This document shows, piece after piece, positions 1 through 9,658 of a DNA stretch of 64,000 nt. The stretch spans positions 11,359 to 75,358 of the forward strand of contig DATKSO010000020.1 of assembly GCA_035531635.1 (NCBI GenBank), in the 5' to 3' direction. Position 1 is the stretch's first letter. Each line of letters starts with the position of its first letter. This DNA is from Acidimicrobiales bacterium (GTDB lineage Bacteria; Actinomycetota; Acidimicrobiia; Acidimicrobiales; RAAP-2). The notes under the pieces were generated by a model. The model saw only the letters and a program-made list of their open reading frames with translations. It had not been told where the DNA came from and searched no databases. The translations under genes and the position numbers were made by a program.

Positions 1-630
1 GGAAGGGTCGATCGCGAACGCCGCCAAGGTGAGGTCACGATAGAAGAGGTAGTGCTTTGTTTCGTCGCCGGCGATGAGTGCTAGGACGTTGCGGCCGATC
101 TTGTCATCCTTCGGAAGCTTGGCGCCGGTGTTTCGGTGCGCGATCTGCGTGGCGCGCTCTTGGAACGACACGTACGCGATCAGCTCGGCGAACGTGGCCG
201 GGTGCGGGACCTCACCTTTTTGCATCTGAACGCGACGCCCCTCCTCGAGGGTCGTTGGATTGATGCATCGACTGATGTGGACCCAGTCGCGCATCACCAT
301 GGCGTGACGATTCTCTTCCATCGTCCACTGACAGGTCCACTCTCGAATGGGGTGGCCCTTGGGCGAGTGTTCGAGGATCGAACTGGTGTAGTACGGCAGG
401 TTGTCCTCCGTCAAGAGGTTGACGAAGATCGAACTTCGCACGCCGTCGCCGATCGGATAGTCCTCTGGTGACCAGGGGCGCTGCAAGAAACTCTCGCCGT
501 CGCCCCAGTCGATCTGCTCGTGGGGGAACCACAGGCGCGGTGCCTCCATGTGACGGTTGAAAAGACGCTCGACGTCGGGCGTTATCTCCTCCAGAAGGTC
601 AACGCGGCTCTTGGCCAATCGAGTGCTCAA
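1..630 (-). CDS. desA: Acyl-ACP desaturase (ferritin-like di-iron), 3'-truncated by the window edge
   Basis: Not in the ORF track; translated by hand from TTG at 630 (GGAGAGG upstream). Contains WFPHEQIDW, NLLTEDNLPYY, WTMEENRH, YVSFQERATQIAHRNTG and IAGDETKH (two ExxH motifs). Confidence 0.9.
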   Translation of the reverse strand, partial: MSTRLAKSRVDLLEEITPDVERLFNRHMEAPRLWFPHEQIDWGDGESFLQRPWSPEDYPIGDGVRSSIFVNLLTEDNLPYYTSSILEHSPKGHPIREWTCQWTMEENRHAMVMRDWVHISRCINPTTLEEGRRVQMQKGEVPHPATFAELIAYVSFQERATQIAHRNTGAKLPKDDKIGRNVLALIAGDETKHYLFYRDLTLAAFAIDPS

Positions 631-749
631 GTCGTCACACCTCTCCGTTAGTGGGTGACTAACCATCCAACCTTAACTCTCGACGTGAAAAAGCCTTCGT
701 CACTCTTGTGATTGGCCGCACAAAGTGGCTCAAGTAGCCTGATGACCTC

Positions 750-2018
750 GTGAAACTCATCGACAACCTCGTACCCCTCGACTTTCGGTCGTCCATTCGC
801 GGTCCCCTACGCCGTTTTTTCCTCTGCACGTTCATTGGTTGTGTCGGCAACGGACTCACTCTCTCACTCTTCGTCATCTACCTACACAACGTGCGCGGCT
901 TCTCGACCAGCTTCGCCACGCTGCTGCTCGCGATGTCGGCCGTGGTCGGTATCGGGAGTGCGCCGTTGTGGGGAACGATGACCGACCGACTCGGCCCGAT
1001 CCGCGTCATCCTCTTCGCCTACGCCTGCGACGCGGTCGCGCTTGTCTTCTGGGGCGTCGCGCACACGCGCGAAGAGGCCATCCTCGCCGCTATCTTCATC
1101 GCCGTGTTCGGTGGTGCTGGCTGGGGACCGGCCAGCACGATGTTGAGCCGCCTCGTCTCACCCGAACATCGTCAACGGGCGTTTGGCTTCAACTTCATGT
1201 TGGTCAACCTCGGCATCGGGTTCGGAGGACTGATCTCCGCGTCGGTCGTCAATCTCCGACACCCTGGGACCTTCGTCGCCCTCTACGTCTTCAACGCCGG
1301 CGTGACGCTCCTCGCCGCGTTCTACTACCTAACCCTTCGCCGACACGGCGGACCCGTCAAAGAGCATCACGATGATCCCGAGAAGAGCGCCGAGGGCTGG
1401 CGTGAAGTCACGCGAGACCGACGACTGCTGCGCTACGTCGTGGCGGCGATCTTTCTCATGATCGGCGGGTACGGTTCGCTCGACGCGGGTCTCAGTCTCT
1501 TCGTCGTGAACAACCTGAAGCTCTCCGTCCACTCCATCGGCGTCATCTTCTTCTTCAACACCTCGACCATCGTGCTCGCCCAACTCTGGGTACTGAATCG
1601 CATCGAAGGCAAGAGCCGCACGCGCGTCATGGGCGTCGTGGCCGCGTTCTGGTTCTTCTTCTGGGTGATTCTGGAAGTGACGCTGGCGCTGCCGGCGGCC
1701 GCGTCGATCTCGATGTTGTGCCTCGCGATGGTGGTCTTCGCCATCGGCGAGACCATGCTCCAGCCGGTCGGCTCCGCGATCGTCAACGACATCGCCCCCG
1801 AGCACCTGCGCGGTCGCTACAACGCCGCCGCCGGACTCTCGTGGGGCGTCTCGGGGACGCTCGCGCCAGCGATCACTGCCCTCTACTTCAGCATCCATCT
1901 CGGCAACTGGTGGCCCATCGGCACCGGCATCACCGCGTTGGTCGGTGGCGCGATGATGATGAACTTGCGACGTCACATCAGCGCGAGTGCCGATGGTCGC
2001 AACGAGGTCGTCGCGTAA
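750..2018 (+). CDS. MFS transporter
   Basis: 422 aa, about 12 hydrophobic segments; motif A (GTMTDRLGPIRV) and APEHLRGRY. Confidence 0.9.
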   Translation: MKLIDNLVPLDFRSSIRGPLRRFFLCTFIGCVGNGLTLSLFVIYLHNVRGFSTSFATLLLAMSAVVGIGSAPLWGTMTDRLGPIRVILFAYACDAVALVFWGVAHTREEAILAAIFIAVFGGAGWGPASTMLSRLVSPEHRQRAFGFNFMLVNLGIGFGGLISASVVNLRHPGTFVALYVFNAGVTLLAAFYYLTLRRHGGPVKEHHDDPEKSAEGWREVTRDRRLLRYVVAAIFLMIGGYGSLDAGLSLFVVNNLKLSVHSIGVIFFFNTSTIVLAQLWVLNRIEGKSRTRVMGVVAAFWFFFWVILEVTLALPAAASISMLCLAMVVFAIGETMLQPVGSAIVNDIAPEHLRGRYNAAAGLSWGVSGTLAPAITALYFSIHLGNWWPIGTGITALVGGAMMMNLRRHISASADGRNEVVA

Positions 2019-2297
2019 GGCACGAGGAGGTCCACGTTTTCTTTCGACGTTCCCCATCTCCTGCGCTGGCGCGATGAGCGTCGTGAGCGTGCACCGACGC
2101 ACGTCATCGACATGACGACGTGATGACGCCCTGCAAGCACTAAAGCAAACAGAATGTCAACATCCACGCTGACGACGGCGATTCACTGACGTATCGCGTG
2201 GCGAACGCAATGCATTCAGTGCAAAGTGCCTCCTTCACAGAACTCTGTAAGACCGTCCTTTGGATTGACGCGCGCGGGCCTCCTAGGCTTGGCACAC

Positions 2298-4145
2298 GTG
2301 CACGCACTCCTGACGAAGTCCTCGTTCGTTGTCGTCGTGGCCGCGGTCGTTCTCGTGGCTACCTCGGGCCTTGCCTTCCCCGCGACGCCGATCCCTCCAA
2401 CGTCGATCGGCTACGACATCAGCTTCCCGCAGTGCAGTGAGTCGCTCCCGCCGTCGCCCGGCTTCGGCATCGTCGGCGTCAACGCCGGCCATCCCTTCAG
2501 CGTCAACCCCTGTCTCGCGAGAGAACTGGCGTGGGCCCAGGGTGCGGTGAACCCGAATCCGGGCTTCTACGCCAACGCCGACAATCCCGGTCCGGCGTTC
2601 GCGACGAACTGGCCCACCAGCCAACAGACCCCGAAGGCGTGCTCGGGCGCGGACTCCGTCGCCTGTTCCTACGACTACGGCTGGAACGCGGCTCGACTCG
2701 CCTTCTCGAACGCCGTGAACGCCGAACAGTCGAACGGGTCCTCGTCACCCACGTCCGCCGCGGTCGCGGCTCCGTGGTGGCTCGACGTCGAGACGGGCAA
2801 CAAATGGCAGACCATCGAGATGGGTCGAAGCGCGGCCACCGGGACGTACGACGAGGCGGCGATCGAGGGCATGGTCGCGTCGTTCACGAATATCGGCGTG
2901 ACGTCGCTCGGGATCTACTCCACGTCGCAACAGTGGAAGGTCATCACGGTCTCCACGCCGGCGTCGCTTCCCCCGGTTCCGGTGTGGATCCCCGGATTCG
3001 GCTCGGTGCCAACCGCGCAAGCCGGTTGTAGCTCGACGTCGTTCACCGGCGGGCGCGTGGCCCTCATCCAGTTCGGGTTGAACGGCTTCGACGGCGACTA
3101 CGTGTGTGGTCTCCTGAGCGCGCCCGTGTCGACGGCAGTCTCGGTCGCCAGCTCTTCCACGTTCACGAATCAGCTCGTCACGACGAATAACAACGGCACG
3201 GTGTCCTACCTTCAGACGACCGGTACCCCTCAGCTCGTCGTCAGCGCCAGCGGCGCCGTCACGACGAGCGGCGCGCTGCCGTTGGGGAACTACGTCGCGA
3301 CGGGCACGAGCGTCGACGCGAAGGGCAACGCCGGCACCTTCTCGATAACCCTCGCTGTCGGCAAGCTGCTGCAAAACGCGCCCACGACCGGCGCAGTGAA
3401 GACGAGCGCGTCGGCGACCTTCACCAGCCAACTGAGCGTCAACGGCAACAACGGCGCGGTGGCCTACGTCCAGACGAGCGGCTCGCCGCAACTGCTCATA
3501 AGCGCGAGCGGACTCGTCACGACGAGCGGCGCGTTGCCCGCGGGCACCTACGTCGCGAAGGGCACGACGTCTGACGGGAGCGGCGACGTCGGCAGATTCA
3601 CGTTCTCCTTAACCGTCGGCACGTTGGTCCAGCGAGCGCCCACGAGCGCGTCGGTCACGACGACCGCGTCGCCGACGTACAGCGTCCAACTGGACGTCGG
3701 CGCCAACACCGGTACCCCGTCCTTCGTCCAGAACCGCGGTAGTCCCGACCTCGTCGTGAACTCGAGCGGACTCGTCACGACGAACGGCACCCTGGCGAGC
3801 GGCTCGTACGTAGCGGCCGGTACGGTCAGCGATCCTTCAGGTGACGTCGGGACGTTCACCTTCACGTTGAACGTGACGACGGCACAGGTGCCCCCCACGG
3901 CCACGTCGATCGTCGGCCACGTCGTCGCGGGACGCACCGTGACGCTCACGATTCACGGGACTGGTTTCTACGGACGCCCGAGCATCACCAGTCACGCCGG
4001 TACGACGGCGCTCGTGACCCGCGACACGGGTCGGGTCTTGATCGTGAGGGTCACGTCGCGCGCTCGATCGCGCAACGGCGTGTTCCGTTTCATCATCACG
4101 CTGTCGAACGGCCTCGCCTGCACGATTCACTACAACCAGCGCTAG
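2298..4145 (+). CDS. Secreted protein: GH25/DUF1906-like TIM-barrel domain, three Ig/cadherin-like repeats, C-terminal IPT-like domain
   Basis: Signal peptide; GYDISFPQC, WWLDVETGNKW and LGIYST..QW motifs. Start moved to GTG 2298 (TAGGCT 8 nt upstream). Confidence 0.65.
   Translation: MHALLTKSSFVVVVAAVVLVATSGLAFPATPIPPTSIGYDISFPQCSESLPPSPGFGIVGVNAGHPFSVNPCLARELAWAQGAVNPNPGFYANADNPGPAFATNWPTSQQTPKACSGADSVACSYDYGWNAARLAFSNAVNAEQSNGSSSPTSAAVAAPWWLDVETGNKWQTIEMGRSAATGTYDEAAIEGMVASFTNIGVTSLGIYSTSQQWKVITVSTPASLPPVPVWIPGFGSVPTAQAGCSSTSFTGGRVALIQFGLNGFDGDYVCGLLSAPVSTAVSVASSSTFTNQLVTTNNNGTVSYLQTTGTPQLVVSASGAVTTSGALPLGNYVATGTSVDAKGNAGTFSITLAVGKLLQNAPTTGAVKTSASATFTSQLSVNGNNGAVAYVQTSGSPQLLISASGLVTTSGALPAGTYVAKGTTSDGSGDVGRFTFSLTVGTLVQRAPTSASVTTTASPTYSVQLDVGANTGTPSFVQNRGSPDLVVNSSGLVTTNGTLASGSYVAAGTVSDPSGDVGTFTFTLNVTTAQVPPTATSIVGHVVAGRTVTLTIHGTGFYGRPSITSHAGTTALVTRDTGRVLIVRVTSRARSRNGVFRFIITLSNGLACTIHYNQR
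3132..3880 (+). repeat. Three tandem intragenic repeats with a period of 258 bp (86 aa)
   Basis: TFTNQL, TFTSQL and TYSVQL begin at 3159, 3417 and 3675; recurring SG(L/A)VTT(S/N)G.L..G.Y.A.GT..D..G..G.F. Confidence 0.9.
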
Positions 4146-4259
4146 GCACCACGACGTCGTCGCTTTCGACAGCGACGGGTCTCTCGGACTCCACTCAATG
4201 CGCAAGAATGTAAGGACTCGCAGGCCAGCGGGTGACGTGCGTCGACGTGAGGAGCCCCC

Positions 4260-5780
4260 GTGCAGCAACACCTCGTGCGCGTCTACGAAAGCTCTTCGAC
4301 GCCCCCGCGAAGTGAACTCCTGGCCTGGAAGCTGGCGGCCGTCGCCGTCGACGACGCACCCCTCGACGCCGACGTCGTCGAGATGATCGTGAACCGAGTG
4401 ATCGACAACGCGGGGGTCGCCGTCGCGGGCCTCGTTCGTCGGCCCGTCGCCAACGCCCGCGCCCAGGCGCTGACGCATCCCCACGCCGGTGGGGCCACGA
4501 TCTTCGGTGTGGCCAACACCACGCTGGTGTCGTGTGAGTGGGCCGCGTGGGCGAACGGCACGGCCGTACGCGAACTGGACTTCCACGACACGTTTCTCGC
4601 AGCCGACATGAACCACCCGGGCGACATGATCCCTCCGATCGTCGCCGTTGGCCAACAGCTGGGCTCGAGTGGGGCCGACCTCCTTCGCGGCGTCGCCACC
4701 GCGTACGAGGTCTCGGGCGACCTCACCAAGGGCATCGCGTTGCACACCCACCGCGTCGACCACCTCACGCACGTCGCGGCCGGCATGGTGGCGGGCATCG
4801 GCGCGATGTTGCGGCTCGACGTCGAGACCATCTATCAGGCGCTCAATCACGTGGTGCACGTCACCGTGACCACGCGTCAGTCCCGCAAGGGCGAGATCTC
4901 GACCTGGAAGGCGAACGCCCCAGCGCACGCCGGCAAGCTGGCCGTCGAAGCGATCGACCGCGCCCTGCGCGGCGAGACGTCACCCGCGCCGATCTACGAG
5001 GGCGACGACAGCATCATCGCGTGGCTGCTCGACGGTCCCGAGGCCGAGTACACGGTGTTCCTCCCGGCGCCCGGCGAGTCCAAGCGCGCCATCATGGAGT
5101 CGTACACGAAGGCCCACTCCGCCGAAGTCCAGGCGCAAGCGTGGATCGACCTGGCCTTTCGTCTGCGCCCGCGGCTCGGGGACCTCGCCCAAGTCGACGA
5201 GATCGTCATCCACACGAGTCACCACACGCACCGCATCATCGGCAGCGGTTCGGGCGATCCTCAGAAGTTCGACCCGAGAGCGAGTCGCGAGACGTTGGAC
5301 CACAGCCTGATGTACATCTTCGCCGTGGCCCTCGAGGACGGGAGGTGGCACCACGACGAGAGTTACCGCCCGGAGCGGGCGTCGAGACCAGAGACCGTCG
5401 CGCTGTGGCAGAAGATCCGTACGGTCGAGGAAGCCGAATGGGACGAGAAGTACCACCACGAGGATCCGGGCAAGCGTTCCTTCGGCGGACGCGTCGTCGT
5501 GACGTTGCGTGACGGCACCACCGTCGACGACGAGATCGACGTCCCCGACGCCCATCCGCGCGGCGCCACGCCCTTCGGTCGTGACGACTACCTGCGAAAG
5601 TTCCGCTACCTCGCTGGCCTGCACGCCGCGCCCGACGAAGCAGGGCGCTTTCTCGACGTGGCGCTGGCGTTACCCAGTCTCGCCCCGGGGCGTTTGAGCG
5701 AACTGAACGTCCAAGTGCCTGCGGCGTTGCTCGACGTCGCGGGCCTCACCCCGGGCCTCTTCGAACGACAAGGGCACTGA
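4260..5780 (+). CDS. prpD: 2-methylcitrate dehydratase (MmgE/PrpD family)
   Basis: WAAWANGTAVRELDFHDTFLAA..HP, TRQSRKGEISTWKA, SRETLDHSLMY, DAHPRGA. Confidence 0.92.
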   Translation: MQQHLVRVYESSSTPPRSELLAWKLAAVAVDDAPLDADVVEMIVNRVIDNAGVAVAGLVRRPVANARAQALTHPHAGGATIFGVANTTLVSCEWAAWANGTAVRELDFHDTFLAADMNHPGDMIPPIVAVGQQLGSSGADLLRGVATAYEVSGDLTKGIALHTHRVDHLTHVAAGMVAGIGAMLRLDVETIYQALNHVVHVTVTTRQSRKGEISTWKANAPAHAGKLAVEAIDRALRGETSPAPIYEGDDSIIAWLLDGPEAEYTVFLPAPGESKRAIMESYTKAHSAEVQAQAWIDLAFRLRPRLGDLAQVDEIVIHTSHHTHRIIGSGSGDPQKFDPRASRETLDHSLMYIFAVALEDGRWHHDESYRPERASRPETVALWQKIRTVEEAEWDEKYHHEDPGKRSFGGRVVVTLRDGTTVDDEIDVPDAHPRGATPFGRDDYLRKFRYLAGLHAAPDEAGRFLDVALALPSLAPGRLSELNVQVPAALLDVAGLTPGLFERQGH

Positions 5781-5794
5781 GGGAAGGTGGCGTC

Positions 5795-6940
5795 ATGAAG
5801 CAACGAGCCCTCCCCGCCGCCTTCATGCGAGGTGGCACGAGTAAAGCACTCATGTTCCACGAACGTGACCTGCCAGCGGCCCAGGACGACTGGGCGGCGC
5901 TGTTCGTCGCGGCCATGGGCTCGCCGGACCCCCACGGTCGTCAGTTGAACGGCATGGGTGGTGGCGTGTCGTCACTCTCGAAGGTCTGTGTCGTGGCCCC
6001 GTCCGCTCGCGCGGACGCTGACGTCGACTACACGTTCGCGCAGGTGATGATCAAAGAGGCGCGCGTCGACTACCGAAGCAACTGCGGGAACATGAGCTCG
6101 GCCGTAGGCCCCTTCGCCGTCGACGAGGGGCTGGTACCCGTCGAAGGCGACGTCGCCACCGTCCGGATCTTCAACACGAACACCGAGAAGATCATTCTCA
6201 GCACCTTCGCCGTTGACGACGGCGTCACGCGGTACGACGGTGACCTGGTCATTCCCGGCGTCAGTGGGACGGGTTCGCCGATTCGTCTCGACTTCATGGA
6301 ACCCGGTGGCGCGACGACGGGAGCCCTCCTGCCAAGCGGTCACGTAACCGATCACCTCGACGTCGCCGGTCACGGAGTGATTGAAGTGTCACTCGTCGAC
6401 GCCGCGAACGCCGCCGTGTTCGTTCGAGCACGCGACGTGGGGTTGACGGGTATCGAACTTCCCGGAGAGCTCGAAGCACGTCCCGAGGCTCTGGCCCTGC
6501 TCGAGGCGATTCGCCGGGCCGCGTCGGTGCGCATGGGTATCGCGCCCGACGTCGAGAGCGCGGCGACGATCACCAGTGTGCCCTTCGTCTGTGTCGTGAC
6601 CTCGCGCGCCGACAGCGCGAGCGTGTCGGGCGAGATGGTGCGCAGCCACGAGGTCGATCTGGTCGCCCGGGTCATCTCGAACGGCCAGCCCCACCGGGCG
6701 CTTCCGCTCACCATTTCCCTCTGCACCGCCGTGGCGGCGCGCGTCCGTGGGTCGGTGGTGGCGCAACTGCTCTCGTCGTCGAGCGACGGCGGGACGCTGC
6801 GGCTCGGGATGCCCTCGGGGGTGTTGAGCGTGGACGCTGACGTCGCGTACGAGAACGACGAGTGGGTCGCGCACGCCGGGACCTTCTTCCGGACGGCACG
6901 ACGCTTGTTCGACGGACGCGTCTGGGTCCCCGGCCCCTGA
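5795..6940 (+). CDS. prpF: PrpF-family (2-methyl)aconitate isomerase
   Basis: MRGGTSK, GSPDP.GRQLNGMGGG.SSLSK, catalytic NCGN, GMPSG, RTARRLFDG. Confidence 0.9.
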   Translation: MKQRALPAAFMRGGTSKALMFHERDLPAAQDDWAALFVAAMGSPDPHGRQLNGMGGGVSSLSKVCVVAPSARADADVDYTFAQVMIKEARVDYRSNCGNMSSAVGPFAVDEGLVPVEGDVATVRIFNTNTEKIILSTFAVDDGVTRYDGDLVIPGVSGTGSPIRLDFMEPGGATTGALLPSGHVTDHLDVAGHGVIEVSLVDAANAAVFVRARDVGLTGIELPGELEARPEALALLEAIRRAASVRMGIAPDVESAATITSVPFVCVVTSRADSASVSGEMVRSHEVDLVARVISNGQPHRALPLTISLCTAVAARVRGSVVAQLLSSSSDGGTLRLGMPSGVLSVDADVAYENDEWVAHAGTFFRTARRLFDGRVWVPGP

Positions 6941-6970
6941 AGCGAACTTTCACGTGGCGCGGCTGTAAGT

Positions 6971-6998
6971 TGAACCCTCTAATGGACAGAACGACGTG
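6971..6998 (+). promoter_or_regulatory. Candidate ECF sigma promoter
   Basis: TGAACC-N18-CGTG upstream of two secreted-protein genes; resembles the mycobacterial SigL-type consensus. Confidence 0.3.
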
Positions 6999-7082
6999 AA
7001 TCACGGAACTCGGTGCAGACTCCCCTGGGCGCAGTCGCCCCCTGCGACGAGCCTCCGGTCAGCCAAGAGAGAAGGTTCCTTT

Positions 7083-7937
7083 GTGTCCAGGTCATCCACG
7101 TTGTGTCGAGCGGGGTTCATCGTCGCGATAGTGACGTCGTCGCTTGCGGTCATGACGCCACACGCCTTCGCCGCCAGCACCGCCGCGACGTCGGGTGACG
7201 TCAGCGCCACGTTCACGTACACCGGCACGTTCCCCCAGTCCAGCAATCCACGACTGACGATCTCTCGCGCGGGCAAGGTGGTCGACGACGTCGCGGTGAC
7301 CTCGAAGTGGTGCGGCCACCAATGTTGGCCCGATTACGTCTCTCCGGGACACTCGGTCCTTCACGTCGTTCGTCTCCGTCAACACGGTCCCCTCGACGTC
7401 GTGCTCGACCTCTACAGCGGCGGCGCCCACTGTTGCACGGTCGAACAAGTCTTCTCCTTCGACGCGTCGTCGGGTACCTACAAGAAGTTCGAGTACAACT
7501 TCGGCGATCCCGGGACCAAACTCGTCCCGCTCGGTCCAGGAGGACGTGACGTGTTCCTCAGCGCCGACGACAGCTTCGCGTACGCCTTCACCGACTACGC
7601 CGCGTCCGGCATGCCGCTCGAGATCCTTAGCTTCTCCCACGACGCGTTTCACAACGTGACGAGGTCGTATCCACAACTGGTCGCGAAGGACGCGACGCAG
7701 TGGCTTAGCGCCTTCGACAGTGCCGCGTCGTCTCACTACCAGGACACCGTGGGCCTCGCGGCCGCGTGGGCGGCCGACGAGGACCTGCTCGGACACGTCA
7801 GTGCCGTACAGAGATTCCTTCGAGCAGAGCAACGAGCGGGCCACCTCAACAGTGCCCTCAGCCCCATCCAGCCGAGCGGCCAAAAGTTCGTGGTCGCACT
7901 CCAGACGTTCTTACGCCGGCACGGCTACGTGAGGTGA
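7083..7937 (+). CDS. Secreted hypothetical protein
   Basis: Signal peptide ending in AFA; YSGGAHCC motif; GTG at 7083 after a purine-rich RBS. Confidence 0.75.
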   Translation: MSRSSTLCRAGFIVAIVTSSLAVMTPHAFAASTAATSGDVSATFTYTGTFPQSSNPRLTISRAGKVVDDVAVTSKWCGHQCWPDYVSPGHSVLHVVRLRQHGPLDVVLDLYSGGAHCCTVEQVFSFDASSGTYKKFEYNFGDPGTKLVPLGPGGRDVFLSADDSFAYAFTDYAASGMPLEILSFSHDAFHNVTRSYPQLVAKDATQWLSAFDSAASSHYQDTVGLAAAWAADEDLLGHVSAVQRFLRAEQRAGHLNSALSPIQPSGQKFVVALQTFLRRHGYVR

Positions 7938-8566
7938 GCGAGTTGACACGTACGACGTCGGGCCATTACCGAGTGAGCCTGCGCCGATCGGTGATCTTGG
8001 CGCCACTGGCCGTCGTTCTCGTCGTCGCCCTACTCATGTCTGTGGGGCGACGAGCCGAAGCGTCGGCTCGCCTCAACACCTGTTCGCTGTCAACGTTGCG
8101 CTTCACGCTTCAGCCGGATGGTGGATTGGGTCACGGCGCGTACCGAGTCCTCGTACGAAACGTCGGCTCCTCGGCCTGTACGCTCACGGGCTACCCGCGG
8201 GTGCTCGTCCCCTTGGACGACCGCCGCGACCAATCCGTGCAGCGCAGTCTCCAACGTGTCGTGCCCCCAGGAAGTTTTGCCAAGGTGAGCAACACGCTCA
8301 ACAGCTACGCCGGCGGCTACGACGGACCGACGCCCTCGTCGGGGCGCGTCGCGCTACCAGTGACACAACTGGCACCTCGAACGGGCGCCGCGAGTTTCAC
8401 CATGGTGTGGACCGAGATAGGTCCTAAGGCGTGCCCCGTCTCGGTGACGTTGGAGCTGGGAATCGCGGGCACCTCGCGCCTCTGGGAGACCACGCAGTTT
8501 GCGTTCGTGTGCTCCGGCGTCGACGTCACGCCTTTCGCGCGAGGGAGTTCTGGCACGTGGCACTGA
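7934..8566 (+). CDS. DUF4232-like secreted or membrane-anchored protein
   Basis: GTGA overlap with the upstream stop; TM segment followed by C...L.....GLGH....V.VRN.G...CTLTGYP.V. Confidence 0.7.
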   Translation: MSELTRTTSGHYRVSLRRSVILAPLAVVLVVALLMSVGRRAEASARLNTCSLSTLRFTLQPDGGLGHGAYRVLVRNVGSSACTLTGYPRVLVPLDDRRDQSVQRSLQRVVPPGSFAKVSNTLNSYAGGYDGPTPSSGRVALPVTQLAPRTGAASFTMVWTEIGPKACPVSVTLELGIAGTSRLWETTQFAFVCSGVDVTPFARGSSGTWH

Positions 8567-8570
8567 ACGG

Positions 8571-9563
8571 TCAGAGTGTGATTCGAAGTAGTGCCTTGCC
8601 GATCTGACGCCGCTCTTCCAGCGCCGCCTGCGCACGCGCCACGTCGTCAAACGTGAACTCGCCCGCCCTCTGCACGACGAGCGATCCGTCGGTGAGACCC
8701 TCGAAGACGGCGTCCGCCCGACGCTGGATCGTCGTTCGGTCTGAGACGTAGTCGGCCAATCGCGGTCGCGTGAGCCAGAGCGAGCCGGACTCACCGAGTT
8801 CGACGGGATCGAGGTCGTGGATCGGTCCGGCCACCGATCCGTAGTTGACGACCAGTCCTCGCGTGCGCGTCGCGCGAAAACTGTCGCGAAGCGTAGGGGC
8901 GCCCAACGCGTCGAAGACGACGTCCACTCCGCGACCAACAGTCGCGCGCAGCACCTCGTCGGCGAAGCCGTCGTCGTCGTAGAGAAAGACCTCGTCCGCT
9001 CCACGCTCGAGGGCGACCTGCGCCTTTTCCGTAGTGCTGGTCGTGGCGTAGACGGTCGCGCCCGCTTTCTTCGCGAACTGGATGAGAAGTTGGCCAATCG
9101 CGCCCGACGCCGCGTGAATAAGACACGTGCTCTCGGGGCCAAGCCCTCCGACGTCGTGACAGAGGTAGTGCGCGGTGCATCCTTGAAAGAGTGACGCGGC
9201 CGCCACGGCGAGTTCGACGTCGGGCGGGACCTCCACGATCCGGCGAAGCGGGACGACAGCAAACTCCGCGTAACTCCCCCACGAAAGGCACCACGCCACG
9301 CGATCGCCGACTCCCACGTCCGTCACGTCCAAGCCAACGTCGACGACCGTGCCCGCACCTTCCATCCCGAGGGTCAGCGGAAGGTGCAGCGGATACGTCC
9401 TCGACCCCTCGTACTTACCTTGGCGTGTGTGCACGTCCATGAAATTGACACCCGCGAAAGCCACGCGAACGAGTACGTCCGAGGGACCGGGGACGGGAAC
9501 GGGCACGTCCCAGTGTTCGAGAACTGACTCGTCCCCGTACGCCAAGATACCAATCGCCCTCAC
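8571..9563 (-). CDS. qor: NADPH:quinone oxidoreductase (MDR / zeta-crystallin family)
   Basis: AGVNFMD, LGMEGAG, GSYAE, LIHAASGAIG, YGSVAG, GSLWLTRP. Confidence 0.9.
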   Translation of the reverse strand: MRAIGILAYGDESVLEHWDVPVPVPGPSDVLVRVAFAGVNFMDVHTRQGKYEGSRTYPLHLPLTLGMEGAGTVVDVGLDVTDVGVGDRVAWCLSWGSYAEFAVVPLRRIVEVPPDVELAVAAASLFQGCTAHYLCHDVGGLGPESTCLIHAASGAIGQLLIQFAKKAGATVYATTSTTEKAQVALERGADEVFLYDDDGFADEVLRATVGRGVDVVFDALGAPTLRDSFRATRTRGLVVNYGSVAGPIHDLDPVELGESGSLWLTRPRLADYVSDRTTIQRRADAVFEGLTDGSLVVQRAGEFTFDDVARAQAALEERRQIGKALLRITL

Positions 9564-9585
9564 GTCTCGTCAGCACTCCTTGAGA

Positions 9586-9622
9586 GTGAAAGGGGAGAGG
9601 CACCGTGCCTCTCCCCTTTCAC
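9586..9622 (-). terminator. Strong hairpin between nrdJ and qor
   Basis: GTGAAAGGGGAGAGGCA-CCG-TGCCTCTCCCCTTTCAC, a perfect 17-bp stem; no clear U-tract. Confidence 0.75.
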
Positions 9623-9658
9623 GATTCCTTCGACAGGCTCGGACGTGACCGACGAGTG

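Noticed and set aside
78-532. Short ORFs at the window start
   Set aside because: They are shadows of the minus-strand desaturase that the ORF track missed
4195-4215. AATGCGCAAGAATGTAAG as a PrpR/RamB site upstream of prpD
   Set aside because: Too divergent from the TTTGCAAA repeat to support a call
7010-7075. GAGCCTCCGGTC resembling part of a c-di-GMP-I riboswitch
   Set aside because: The GAAA tetraloop stem and GCAAA elements are missing
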